A stretch of 64,000 bases of DNA from a virus (taxonomy: Duplodnaviria > Caudoviricetes): positions 1,526-65,525 of IMG/VR virus record IMGVR_UViG_3300033076_001518; one strand, 5' to 3'. Position 1 is the first letter of the stretch; every line of letters begins with the position of its first letter. This document shows, piece after piece, positions 28,104 through 37,165 of this stretch. The notes beneath the pieces are model-generated. The model was not told where the DNA came from, did not search any database, and saw only the letters and a program-made list of their open reading frames with translations. A program made the translations under genes and the position numbers.

Positions 28104-30054
28104 ACGCGATGTTCCAGCGGGAGAGGTCAGGAGCGGGCTCCTCGAGATCCTCGAGGTCGCCCAGGGTTGGCCCGATCTCGCCATCGGACATGAGAGGCAC
28201 GTCTAGTTCGATCGACATCATCGCCTCGCGCAGCCGCAGCATCTCGGCCTTCATGGCCTTGGCTGGCGCGCAGATGTCGTTCTCATCGTAAACGGTGAGT
28301 ATGAAGCGCCCTTCTTTCCGCACGTCGTGGTAGCGGATGATGGACTCTTTCGTGATGTCGGCCGAGCTGCCCTGAACCAGATAGTTCAACAGCTTGTAAT
28401 CGAACGTGAGAAGGCGGTTGAGCTCTTCGCTGAACCGCGGCGGCTCGACGAAGTATTGACGACCGCCCCAAGTACGGATGGCCTCGCCTGAACGGGCGCG
28501 GAACTTCAGCGCATCGCTCAGCGTCTTGAGCCCTGGCAGCACGCCCATCTGCGCCGCACGGAACGCTTTGACGTCTTCGACCGTGCGGTCCATGCGCTCG
28601 GCCAACGAACCGAGCCCTTGGCCGTAGATATAGCCGAAGTTCAGGGTCTTCGTGATGCCGCGGTCGACCTCGATGCCGAGATCCTCGATGATGCGCCGCA
28701 TGAGGAAGTCGTGAACGTCGAGCCGCGGGTTCTCGAGGTACGCGGCCAGCAGCGCGCCGTCCTCGAAGTGCGCCAGCACGCGGAGTTCCTGCTGGTTGTA
28801 GTCGCGCCGCCCCACGAGCCAGCCCTTACGGTCCGGTAGGACGTAGCTTCGCACCTTCGGAAGTTCTGGGAGCCCCGGGAGGTGCGTCGGCATCGCGAAG
28901 CCGCTCATCTCGCCCTCGCGGACCTTCTTCGGCATGTTGAGAAAGTTCGGCGTGTCGCTGCTCGGGCGCCCAGTGCGTGTGCCGCCCGTGTCGCGATCCG
29001 ACTTGGCCTGGCGCACCTGGTTCCAGTTGGTGTGCATCCAGCCGTCGATCGTGTAGTTCAGCCATGGGCGAATGAACGTCTCGAGCGCGGTGGCGCAGCG
29101 CTGGCGGTAGCTGTACGCGGCGGCCAGCTTCGGATCGCGGAAATGTGAGAGCTTGAGCGCTTTCTTGCTCACGCTGAGCCGGCCGGTCTTCGTCGTGCTC
29201 CACTGGGTGACCGCGTCTGCTTTCTGCAGCGCTTTGGCGACCTCGGCGTCTTTGTCGAGATCGAGCGACGGGGCCTTCAGTTTCTTGCGGATCCAGTCGT
29301 CCGCCATCTTCTGCGCGGCGGTGAACTTCGGTTCGTCGGCCTCGAGCCGGGCTACGTCGGTGCGGATGCCCTGACGCTCGTTCTCGAGCAGTATGGGCAG
29401 TAGGCGCCGCTCGCGGTCGTAGGCTTCGCGCATGCCGCGCTCGACCGTGACCTCTTCGTACTTCAGCGCGAAGAGCTTCTCGGCGCGCACGAGGTCGCCG
29501 ATAGCGTAGGGACCGACGATCTCCGGCGGGGCGTAGGCGATGAACGCCCCGGCGGTAGAGGGCTTGATGCCGCCGTAGTCGCGCGTGATCTCTGGGAACT
29601 GGGCCTCGAGCTGGCGCTTGTTGCTCAGGATCCACTCTTCGACCTCGTCGCGCTCGGACTGAGGCATGCCGAGCAGGCGAGCCGCCGCGGGCTTCAGCCC
29701 AAGCTCACGCTGATGCGGGTCGTCTAGGAATAGCAGGAACATGGGGTCGTGCCATACGTGCCACGGCGGAACGCGCAGCTCCATGTGCTCTTCGGCGACC
29801 TCCAGGTCGAATTTGGCGTTGAACGCCAGCAGCGGCTCGCGCTCCGAGGCGGTCTCGTACAGCTCTTTGAGCGCGCGACGCCCCTGGTCGAACGTGTGGG
29901 TGTTGCGCCCGGTAAGATGCCCCCACGCGAAGTACTGCGGTTTCGTGCTGCCCTTCGGACGCACCGCCACGCCCACGGGCTTGGGCGGGTAGTGACGCGG
30001 GCGGAGCCCGATCGGCAGGGTCTCGAAGTCGAGCGGGCGCGGACGTATCTTCAC
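28096..30054 (-). CDS. family A DNA polymerase with 3'-5' exonuclease domain
   Basis: DFET, FNAKFD, TGRPSS..PNFLN, DYNQQELR (motif A), KTLNFGYIYG (motif B), VYDE (motif C); GTG overlaps the upstream stop. Confidence 0.95.
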   Translation of the reverse strand: MKIRPRPLDFETLPIGLRPRHYPPKPVGVAVRPKGSTKPQYFAWGHLTGRNTHTFDQGRRALKELYETASEREPLLAFNAKFDLEVAEEHMELRVPPWHVWHDPMFLLFLDDPHQRELGLKPAAARLLGMPQSERDEVEEWILSNKRQLEAQFPEITRDYGGIKPSTAGAFIAYAPPEIVGPYAIGDLVRAEKLFALKYEEVTVERGMREAYDRERRLLPILLENERQGIRTDVARLEADEPKFTAAQKMADDWIRKKLKAPSLDLDKDAEVAKALQKADAVTQWSTTKTGRLSVSKKALKLSHFRDPKLAAAYSYRQRCATALETFIRPWLNYTIDGWMHTNWNQVRQAKSDRDTGGTRTGRPSSDTPNFLNMPKKVREGEMSGFAMPTHLPGLPELPKVRSYVLPDRKGWLVGRRDYNQQELRVLAHFEDGALLAAYLENPRLDVHDFLMRRIIEDLGIEVDRGITKTLNFGYIYGQGLGSLAERMDRTVEDVKAFRAAQMGVLPGLKTLSDALKFRARSGEAIRTWGGRQYFVEPPRFSEELNRLLTFDYKLLNYLVQGSSADITKESIIRYHDVRKEGRFILTVYDENDICAPAKAMKAEMLRLREAMMSIELDVPLMSDGEIGPTLGDLEDLEEPAPDLSRWNIAYA

Positions 30055-30593
30055 AGACTCACCCGTGCGATCTCGGAGCCTTCCATGAAGTGGGATGACA
30101 AAGCGCCGCAAGGCACCACGTCGCTCGTGAAGCGGCAAGAGACGGCGATGATCGTCTCAGTGGGCGGCGGTGGCGGTGGCGCGAGGCCATCCTCTTTCGC
30201 GCATTTCATTTCGTGCTCCCAAGCCCAGAGCGAACGCTTTGGGTCGCACGAAACTTCGTACTCGTCTAGTCGCGGGTGGCGCTGCCAGCAGATGGTCCCG
30301 TGGGGAGCCGGCCAGCCGGGGCGCAGCGAGTCCAGGAAAAGTTCCAGGAGTCGCGCGATCTGAGCATCCTTCGGCTTCGCCGGGTCGACTCGCGCAGCAA
30401 GACCGAACGAAGAGTAGACGTACTCCTCGCCGTTGATCTTCGTCGACCACGTGGTGCCGACTTCCGAATGTACGTAAAGGAAGAGCCGTTCGATCGCACG
30501 CTTCAGATCGTTCAGCTGGCGCGCGCGGGCGGCAAAGGGTGCGGGGCGGGGGTCGTCGACAACGTCGAGCGTCATGTTCGGCGACATCCTCAT
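30051..30593 (-). CDS. hypothetical protein
   Basis: ATGA/GTGA coupling on both sides. Confidence 0.55.
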   Translation of the reverse strand: MRMSPNMTLDVVDDPRPAPFAARARQLNDLKRAIERLFLYVHSEVGTTWSTKINGEEYVYSSFGLAARVDPAKPKDAQIARLLELFLDSLRPGWPAPHGTICWQRHPRLDEYEVSCDPKRSLWAWEHEMKCAKEDGLAPPPPPPTETIIAVSCRFTSDVVPCGALSSHFMEGSEIARVSL

Positions 30594-31099
30594 TTCGGCC
30601 CCCAGATCCGGGCGTCCTCCACGTCGTCCGGCTCGCAAGCGTCCAGCAGCACCTGGGCCACGTTGGGCGGACGGTAGTTCGGGCCTTTCACGACCTTGCC
30701 GTGACCGTCGTGGATCGGGCGCCCATCGGCGCCGAGCTTGGACATGTTGGCGCGGTGGATCTCGGCCACAACCGCCTCGGCCGGGAACCCGAAGACGAGG
30801 TTCGCCCCGGCGCAGACGTAGTCGATGTCGCCCAGCGCGTCGGCCGCCGCGGGTAGATTCACTGGCGCCGCCGGGTCGATCGAGAACGCCGACAGCACCT
30901 CCTTCACCTTCGCCTCGAAGTCCTCTTCCGAGCCTTCGGTGAGCGGCGCCACGCCGGAAGCCCGCCCGAACTCCAGAACCTCCTCCAGGAGGAGCCGAAA
31001 ACGGAGCTCACGCTCCTTGGCCGAGGGGGTGCGGGGGACGTGATGAACGGGATGGGAAAACGCGAGGTGGAAGAGCCTGACGAGTTTGATGGTGTGCAT
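30590..31099 (-). CDS. MazG-like / PRA-PH-like dNTP pyrophosphatase
   Basis: RFRLLLEEVLE, DALGDIDYV, EIHRANMSK...GKVVKGPNY. Confidence 0.85.
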   Translation of the reverse strand: MHTIKLVRLFHLAFSHPVHHVPRTPSAKERELRFRLLLEEVLEFGRASGVAPLTEGSEEDFEAKVKEVLSAFSIDPAAPVNLPAAADALGDIDYVCAGANLVFGFPAEAVVAEIHRANMSKLGADGRPIHDGHGKVVKGPNYRPPNVAQVLLDACEPDDVEDARIWGPK

Positions 31100-31243
31100 T
31101 GGCGCCGTCCTCAGAGTGAAATTGGCGGTGGTCCGGCGTTGGCCTTTCGCCGGGGTCCTTTACTTCTAGACGCGCCCGTACCCGCGCGCCACGCAGAACT
31201 CAGCCGTCGCCGGGTCCACGTTGCTGCAGCCGTCGCTGCAGAT

Positions 31244-32215
31244 TCAGTACTTCGCCTTCTTGGCCGGCGCCGGAGCGGCTTTCGCCGGGGGCGCCGCAGG
31301 CTTGCCGCCCGCCGCCTTGGCCATCGCCTGCGCGGCGCGGCCCACGGGCTTCATGGGCGCCGCCTTGGCCATCGCCTGCGCGGCGCGGCCCACGGGCTTC
31401 ATGGGCGCGGCCGGAGGCTGGCGAGCCGGCGCGCGACCACGCGGCGCCGGAGCGGGCGCCGGGGCCTCCATCTGCACGTACGGCGTGGTCAGCTGGGGCT
31501 TGACCTTCTCGATGAGCTTCTCGAGCGCGTCGAACGTCTCGTCCGTGAAGTCGACCAGCTCCTTGAACGTGAACAGGATCTTGAACTGGGACTTCGCGTC
31601 CGGCACGACCTTCACCGTCGTGACCACGCCCCAGTACGGGCGCCCCAGCTCCTTCAGGTCCTGGCGCACGTAGGTGGCCCAGCCCTTGACGCTCATCACC
31701 GGCACCTTCAGCACCCGCACCTCGGCGGACGCGATGTCGTCGGCGGAGCTGACGCAGTCGGCCGTGATCAGCGCCAGGCGCCGCACGTTCTTGCAGGCCT
31801 TGCCCTTGCGGCCCGGCGTCGGGTCGGAGCCCATGGCGTTCGCCCAGCAGCCGGCGCACAGCCCGTTGTCGTCACCCTGCTTGTCGGAGGCCTCCTCGTG
31901 CGGGGCCATCGAGCCCTCGGGGTCCTCGGCGTCGGGGTCGCCGAACGAGTAGCAGGACGGGATCTGGTGACTGTCGGGGTTGTACGGGCCATCGAATTTC
32001 TGGTTCTCGTGCACCGCCACGAGGACGACCACGTCGAGCTCGTTGCCGGGCACCGGCCGCTCGTCGACGGTGAGCACGCCGCCTCGCGTACTGATGCCGC
32101 TGAGCATGCTGACGGGGCGTTCGGCCTTGGCCGACTTCTCGGCAGCGGTGGCCATCTTGGCCTCCCACACCGTGAGCGAGCGCGAGGCGGAGGGCTTGAC
32201 TTTGGAACTGGGCAT
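31244..32215 (-). CDS. putative single-stranded-DNA-binding / replication accessory protein
   Basis: 323 aa in the replication block; C..C..N..GS...GKACKN.RRLA motif; low-complexity Ala/Pro/Lys tail. Confidence 0.55.
   Translation of the reverse strand: MPSSKVKPSASRSLTVWEAKMATAAEKSAKAERPVSMLSGISTRGGVLTVDERPVPGNELDVVVLVAVHENQKFDGPYNPDSHQIPSCYSFGDPDAEDPEGSMAPHEEASDKQGDDNGLCAGCWANAMGSDPTPGRKGKACKNVRRLALITADCVSSADDIASAEVRVLKVPVMSVKGWATYVRQDLKELGRPYWGVVTTVKVVPDAKSQFKILFTFKELVDFTDETFDALEKLIEKVKPQLTTPYVQMEAPAPAPAPRGRAPARQPPAAPMKPVGRAAQAMAKAAPMKPVGRAAQAMAKAAGGKPAAPPAKAAPAPAKKAKY
31311..31406 (-). repeat. 48-nt perfect tandem duplication encoding APMKPVGRAAQAMAKA twice
   Basis: gccgccttggccatcgcctgcgcggcgcggcccacgggcttcatgggc at 31311-31358 and 31359-31406. 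Confidence 0.9.
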
Positions 32216-32305
32216 GGGAGAATCGTCCTTTGCGACAGTGAACAGTGGAACAGAGAGGGCTCCGGAGAAACTTAGGCGGCGCCTCTCCGTGGGCGCCCGG
32301 CGAAA

Positions 32306-32551
32306 CTATACCTCGGGGTTGACGAGCAGGGCGCGGTACTCAGTCGGAAATTCTGCGTAGTTCGTCCAGCCGAACGCGTATCGTTTCGTGATCTTGAATT
32401 TGATGTTGTCCTCATCACGCAGCCTACGCAATCCTGGCTGCAAAACTCGTGGCGCCGCGTCGATCGGATCGTAGAAACACCCACAGTAGCTGCACTTTGG
32501 CTTGGGTTCGCGCGGCGCTCCACAATGGGTGCATTCGTCGCTGCTATGCAT
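32306..32551 (-). CDS. small Zn-ribbon protein
   Basis: CTHCGAP...CSYCG; lower GC than its neighbours. Confidence 0.6.
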   Translation of the reverse strand: MHSSDECTHCGAPREPKPKCSYCGCFYDPIDAAPRVLQPGLRRLRDEDNIKFKITKRYAFGWTNYAEFPTEYRALLVNPEV

Positions 32552-33182
32552 CGCGATACTCCGCCACGTCGCGCAACCAGGAGGGCGGCGCGCGGCGCGT
32601 GTACTTGAGCAGGTGGCGCTTGCCGTCGCGGTAGTACGCGCGGTAGCTCGCCACGGGGTCGCCGCGCCGCTTGAACTCGTCCGGCATCGCGAGCGCGGGG
32701 CCCTTAGGTCCGTTCACGGGGAGCTTAGGCGGCGGGAACTCGAGCGTGCGCAGGATGGGCGTCGTGGCGTGGTCCTTGCGGTAGCGATGGGTGTACTCGT
32801 CGAGAAGGTGCATCCCCAGCCGCCACGCCCAGTCGTACTGCTCGCGGCCGCTTCGGACCCAGATCGCGCACGGGTGTTCGCGATGGGTGCAGGCGTAGAT
32901 GCGCTGGTTGCCGGCGAGGTAGTACTTCGTGTCGAACGGCAGGTTCGCCGCGCGGGCGCGGGCGACGTCGGAGCGGGGGAAGGCGGGGTCGGTGCTGTCG
33001 ACGTCGGTCTCGATCGCGTGCGGCGCCACGACGTGCCACGCGGTGCTGAGCAGCTGCGCAGTCTCGAGGATCATCTTGACCACGTGGCGATCGCAGTGAG
33101 CGCGGGCCGCTGCGGCGGGGTCGGAGTCGAGGTAGAAGATGTTCACTTCGCGGAGGTCTTCAATCGTGGCGCCGTCGTTCAT
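32544..33182 (-). CDS. pyrimidine-dimer DNA glycosylase-like (DenV-related) protein
   Basis: NIFYLD.DP..AA..HCDRHVVKMILETAQLLSTA, THREHPC..W, YTHRY.K.H, YRAYY...K. Confidence 0.75.
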   Translation of the reverse strand: MNDGATIEDLREVNIFYLDSDPAAAARAHCDRHVVKMILETAQLLSTAWHVVAPHAIETDVDSTDPAFPRSDVARARAANLPFDTKYYLAGNQRIYACTHREHPCAIWVRSGREQYDWAWRLGMHLLDEYTHRYRKDHATTPILRTLEFPPPKLPVNGPKGPALAMPDEFKRRGDPVASYRAYYRDGKRHLLKYTRRAPPSWLRDVAEYRDA

Positions 33183-33586
33183 TTTAGCACTTCGATCGTG
33201 ATCGCGACTGTGTCGGACTCGGGTCCATCGGACTCGTGCACTTCTCGCGTGAGTTTGAAGCCCGCGCGCCGTAGTCGTTCATCCAGCATCTCGGCGTACA
33301 CGGTCTCCTTGACCCACCAGGCGTCCCCGAAGTCGCGGCAGGTGAACTGGCTGGATCCATTCGCGAACGCCCGATCCAACAACTCACGAAGCTTATTGCT
33401 ACGCAGCCACTCGATGAAGTGTCGCTGACGCGCGATCGCGCTCGTGACTTCTTCGCGCAGTTTGCTCGCCTCGTTCAGCGCCCGATCGACGTTGACGTAG
33501 ATGACCCGAACCTCGGGCGTCGGCGTTTGCACCGCACCTCCGGCGTAGCCGCCCCAAGCGTTCAGCAGATTTCGAAGCCAGCTCAT
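33179..33586 (-). CDS. hypothetical protein
   Basis: ATGA coupling on both sides. Confidence 0.55.
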   Translation of the reverse strand: MSWLRNLLNAWGGYAGGAVQTPTPEVRVIYVNVDRALNEASKLREEVTSAIARQRHFIEWLRSNKLRELLDRAFANGSSQFTCRDFGDAWWVKETVYAEMLDERLRRAGFKLTREVHESDGPESDTVAITIEVLK

Positions 33587-34023
33587 AGCTTCGTCACGCT
33601 GATGACGTCGATCATGCCGATCCGCGCGCCGATGGCAGCGCCCTTGCCCGCGGCGATCAGCTCCTTGGCGGTGGCATCGTTGAGCCGGCGCTGCAGCAGC
33701 GACCACACGCCGGGGTCTTTACCCGCGTTCTTGCGGATGTACTCGTACACCTTGTCGAACCGGTCGCCCGTGTCGGAGCCGGTGCCGTACAGCTCGACGA
33801 TCTCCTTCTGCTTGATCGTGGCCACGCCCAGCCTACCCTTCATACCGGTGGCGCCGGACTTCGGGAGCTCTTCGAGCAGGTGCTGCACGATCTGGGTCTC
33901 GAGCGCCTGCATCGCTTCGACCTCCTTCTGCAGCTTGAGGCGGTCCTGGCGCGTCGTGTACAGCAGGTCGGCGCACGCGGCCAGCGACTTCGGCAGCTTG
34001 ACGGGCTTCTCAGCGGCGGGCAT
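33583..34023 (-). CDS. conserved phage replication-region protein (coiled-coil N-terminus)
   Basis: LAACADLLY..RQDRL.LQK; 146 aa with strong codon bias. Confidence 0.65.
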   Translation of the reverse strand: MPAAEKPVKLPKSLAACADLLYTTRQDRLKLQKEVEAMQALETQIVQHLLEELPKSGATGMKGRLGVATIKQKEIVELYGTGSDTGDRFDKVYEYIRKNAGKDPGVWSLLQRRLNDATAKELIAAGKGAAIGARIGMIDVISVTKL

Positions 34024-34252
34024 TCTTCATCTCCTCGAGAGTGGCACGGATGTCGTTGATGGTCTCGGCGCAGCGACGCCCGGCGCGATCCAGGACGCGA
34101 ACGTCCGAGTTCAGCAGCGCGAAGGCGTTCGTGCGGCGGAGGTGGACCAGGTTCGCGAACATGCCCTCCGCGATGTAGAGCATGAACGCCAGCTGCTGCT
34201 GACGGAGCGCTTCCTGTGAGAACCGCTGGCGGCGTGGAACTTTCTGCGTCAT
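34010..34252 (-). CDS. hypothetical protein
   Basis: Short ORF between the primase gene and the next gene. Confidence 0.5.
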   Translation of the reverse strand: MTQKVPRRQRFSQEALRQQQLAFMLYIAEGMFANLVHLRRTNAFALLNSDVRVLDRAGRRCAETINDIRATLEEMKNARR

Positions 34253-34307
34253 GAACTTCTCGCTCAAGTTAAGACGCGCTCATCTTACTGCCGTTTTCGG
34301 CAGAACG

Positions 34308-36443
34308 CTAGAACTTCTGCGGCTTCGCAGCGGGGGCCTTCATCGTGCGAGTGCGCTCGTACTCTTTCCGCAGCTCTTCGGTCGTCGCACGAACCCACTT
34401 AGCGTGGTTGCGCAGGGCGCAGAGTCGCACCAGCTTGCCGCCTGCGTATATCTGCGCGTTCGAGGGGTTGTCCCGCGGATAGAGCGGATCGACTCCGAGC
34501 TCCTTGAGCTTCCGACTCATCAGGTTCGGCGATGCGTGCTTGTGCCCCTCGGCCTCGTACAGCATCGCCAGCTCCGACAGCGTTATCAGATCGGAGTTGT
34601 TGAACCGTTTCAGCACCATGTCGGGGTGGTCCCGCACGCCCGCCAGCCAAGTCTCAAGCTCGGTGCGAGTGTGCGCGATCATCTCCAGCTTGGCGCTCGT
34701 GTCGGGCGGGCGCGCCATGGGGTCGAACTGCGAGGTATCGACCTCGTGCAGCAGGTGATGCATGAGCGCGGCGCGGCCCGCGTCGGAGCGGCGCCACTTG
34801 TCGTAGTCGTTGTAGAACGCCCGCTCAAGCGGGCCGCCGCGCACCTCGTGAATGAAGAACCGGCGATCGTCGTCCTCGAGATAGAAGCAGTCGGGGGCGT
34901 TGGCTGTGAAGTAGTAGTTGATGACGTCGGCGAGGCGGTACTGAGGGATGTTCTTGATGTTGATCTCTACCTTCTCGCGAGTGATCATCGTCTTGAGCTT
35001 GTTCGCGACGCGGCGCGAGTCGTTACCGGTGATGTCGTCGCCCATGACGAACTGCCGGCTTCGCGCCCACTCGTTGAATTGAACCTGTCCTTCGATGTGC
35101 GAGTCGTCTATCTCGTAGAAGTGCTCGCCGTACAAGTCCCCCAGCGTGTAGCCGATGAGGCTCTTACCGGTGCCTTTGCGGATGCCCCATATCGCTACTG
35201 CGTTGCGGAGTTTAGTCCCGGGGTACTGGATGGGGAACGCGGCCCAGGCTTCGAAGTACCGGCGGGCGTCGGGCTCGCCGTCGAAGATGTAGTCCAGCAA
35301 CCGGCGCCAAGGGTCGATCGAGCCGCGCTTCGGTAGGTAGGGCCACCCTTTCCAGGTGTTCAGCTCACGGGCGAGCGTGATCTCTTCCTCGCCGGGAGCG
35401 AACACCATGCGCTTCGCCACCGCGCGCAGCGGCCACTTGACCCAGTCGGGGGCCAGTTGGCGGACCTCCATTTTCGGCATGCCCTTGGCGTCGAACGCCT
35501 GGCGCGTGTACTGGCGGTCGGCGTAGCGGTGGGCGGTGAAGTCGTGGGCGCGTACGATCTGGCCGTCCGACCTCACGACCATGAAGCCCGGGTCCTGGAC
35601 GTAGATGACCTCGGCGTTGAGCCGGTGAAGCTCCCTCCCGAGCGAGTAGGGCTCGGACGACTCCGACAGCTCTACAAACCGCTCCACGCCTTCGGCGACT
35701 AGGTAGTCGTCTAGCGCGCATTTCTCACCTTCTACAAGTTCCGGCAGTCGCACGATCTTCACGATCGCTCCGGCGCGCGTCAGCTCTTCGGCCAAGGCCT
35801 GCTCGGCGCGGCAAACGTCGGTGTTGAGCGCGGCGTCCGAGTCGTAGGCGATCAACACCGTGCGCTCGTCCCACTGAACGCTCGCTAACTCGGGCAGCAG
35901 ACGCGCTCCCATCTTCTTGCTACGGAAGCTCCACACTCCTCCGAGCCCCACAGTGGGGAGCCCGAGCTTGGTCGCGATCGCGGCTTTCTTCTCGCCCTCG
36001 GTTACCACGAGCGGCACCTTCGCGTCCGCCAGCACCAGATCCCAGCGCGTGAACGGAGCCCAGTACACGCCGGGCGGCGAATCGGGCGGTTGGGAGTAAC
36101 GGCGGGCTTTCTTACTCCCTAGGATCGCGAAGCCCTTGCCGCGGGTGTCCTCCAGGTAGCGGTAGCGGTACGTGTCGGTGCGCTCGGCGCCCTCCACGGT
36201 GAAGTAGGGGATGCGGTAGCCGGCGCCGGGCGGTAGGATCTCCGGAAGCTCGCCGCGTTCGTACGGCCGGAGCTTCATGACGCGGGCGTCCGCCTCGTCT
36301 AGACCGCTACGGGCGAGGTCCTCGAGCATGCTCGCCCACAACGCAGCGGGCGGCGATCCAGACTTTGTCTTAGGTTTGGCGGGGACGGCGTCCGTGGCGT
36401 TGCGACGGGCGGCCGCACGCGCAGCGGGGGATGGCTTGGGCAA
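34308..36443 (-). CDS. primase-helicase fusion (DUF3854 Toprim plus SF3/DUF5906 NTPase)
   Basis: VVTEGEKKA, LGGVWSF, IAYDSD, CALDDYL (Toprim); GIRKGTGKS Walker A, VMGDD, KLKTMIT...INIKN, FTANAPD; TTG start. Confidence 0.9.
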   Translation of the reverse strand: MPKPSPAARAAARRNATDAVPAKPKTKSGSPPAALWASMLEDLARSGLDEADARVMKLRPYERGELPEILPPGAGYRIPYFTVEGAERTDTYRYRYLEDTRGKGFAILGSKKARRYSQPPDSPPGVYWAPFTRWDLVLADAKVPLVVTEGEKKAAIATKLGLPTVGLGGVWSFRSKKMGARLLPELASVQWDERTVLIAYDSDAALNTDVCRAEQALAEELTRAGAIVKIVRLPELVEGEKCALDDYLVAEGVERFVELSESSEPYSLGRELHRLNAEVIYVQDPGFMVVRSDGQIVRAHDFTAHRYADRQYTRQAFDAKGMPKMEVRQLAPDWVKWPLRAVAKRMVFAPGEEEITLARELNTWKGWPYLPKRGSIDPWRRLLDYIFDGEPDARRYFEAWAAFPIQYPGTKLRNAVAIWGIRKGTGKSLIGYTLGDLYGEHFYEIDDSHIEGQVQFNEWARSRQFVMGDDITGNDSRRVANKLKTMITREKVEINIKNIPQYRLADVINYYFTANAPDCFYLEDDDRRFFIHEVRGGPLERAFYNDYDKWRRSDAGRAALMHHLLHEVDTSQFDPMARPPDTSAKLEMIAHTRTELETWLAGVRDHPDMVLKRFNNSDLITLSELAMLYEAEGHKHASPNLMSRKLKELGVDPLYPRDNPSNAQIYAGGKLVRLCALRNHAKWVRATTEELRKEYERTRTMKAPAAKPQKF

Positions 36444-36466
36444 CTTCTATTCTCGCTCAACAGAAG

Positions 36467-36660
36467 GAAGGCTCAGAAGTGGGGCGTAGACCGCGCGCCG
36501 TACGCTACCAGGCCGGTTGGCCGTTTCGCGGCCATCACGCCTACAGCGCCCTGCGAAGAACGGCTGGAGAAGCGGAGCCACAACCGGGAGCGAGCCGGAA
36601 CAGTCAGTCGAGCTGGGGTTCGTCGCGTCGTGCGCACGGGCGCCCCACTCCTGAACCTTC
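36467..36660 (-). ncRNA. candidate structured RNA / 5' leader closed by a 20-bp stem
   Basis: 36641-36660 and 36467-36486 form an 18/20 inverted repeat; both mismatches are G:U pairs only on the minus strand; internal hairpins present. Confidence 0.5.
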
Positions 36661-36669
36661 GGGGTGACG

Positions 36670-36699
36670 ATTATAGTGCGTCGCGCCACTCCCATCCAA
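36670..36699 (-). promoter_or_regulatory. sigma70-like promoter upstream of the primase leader
   Basis: Minus strand TTGGAT (36699-36694), 18 nt, TATAAT (36675-36670). Confidence 0.55.
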
Positions 36700-36856
36700 G
36701 CAACCACCGCGCCATGAGGCGTTGTAGGCGATTCGGGCGATGGAGTAGCCCGATCCGCGTCCACTCGCCCACGCACCAGTAGCCGACGGGCGTCGGCGGC
36801 CCCGATAGCCGGGTGTGGCGCGCGGCGATCAACGGCGGGTTGCGTTCAGGTGTCAT
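36671..36856 (-). CDS. hypothetical protein
   Basis: 61-aa ORF, Trp-rich C-terminus, overlaps the upstream stop. Confidence 0.45.
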   Translation of the reverse strand: MTPERNPPLIAARHTRLSGPPTPVGYWCVGEWTRIGLLHRPNRLQRLMARWLLGWEWRDAL

Positions 36857-37154
36857 CGCGGTACACCCGGCTGCGGCTACCGGGTCGAGGCGGCAGGACG
36901 TCGTCCGGTGCGAACGGCAGCCAGAACCAGCCCACTACCAGCAGGATCGCTGTGAACCCGAGGAGCGCGATCGCGATCGCGGGCCACGCGATGAACAGGA
37001 AGATCTTCCACCCGGTTGTCATGCTCTTGTCTTTCTCCTGAAAAATCTCCGGCTCGTGTTCACACCAAGGCGGGAGCCCGTCGGCGTGACGCGGCGTACC
37101 GCGCGACGTGAAGACGACCTGTCGGCCGCAGATACGACAGCTCGGAAGCGCCAT
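36846..37154 (-). CDS. hypothetical membrane protein (possible internal start at 37022)
   Basis: CRICG N-terminus, then IFLFIAWPAIAIALLGFTAILLVVGWFWL hydrophobic helix. Confidence 0.5.
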   Translation of the reverse strand: MALPSCRICGRQVVFTSRGTPRHADGLPPWCEHEPEIFQEKDKSMTTGWKIFLFIAWPAIAIALLGFTAILLVVGWFWLPFAPDDVLPPRPGSRSRVYRDDT

Positions 37155-37165
37155 GCCCGCCTCGC

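Noticed and set aside
24798-32310. TATAGT hexamers on the minus strand (24798-24803, 32305-32310) as a promoter class
   Set aside because: No -35 element or shared upstream motif was found; too little evidence to call.
36447-36776. 109-aa minus-strand ORF across the primase leader
   Set aside because: It overlaps the 61-aa gene and a promoter, has no motifs, and the region is better explained by the RNA structure; not excluded outright.
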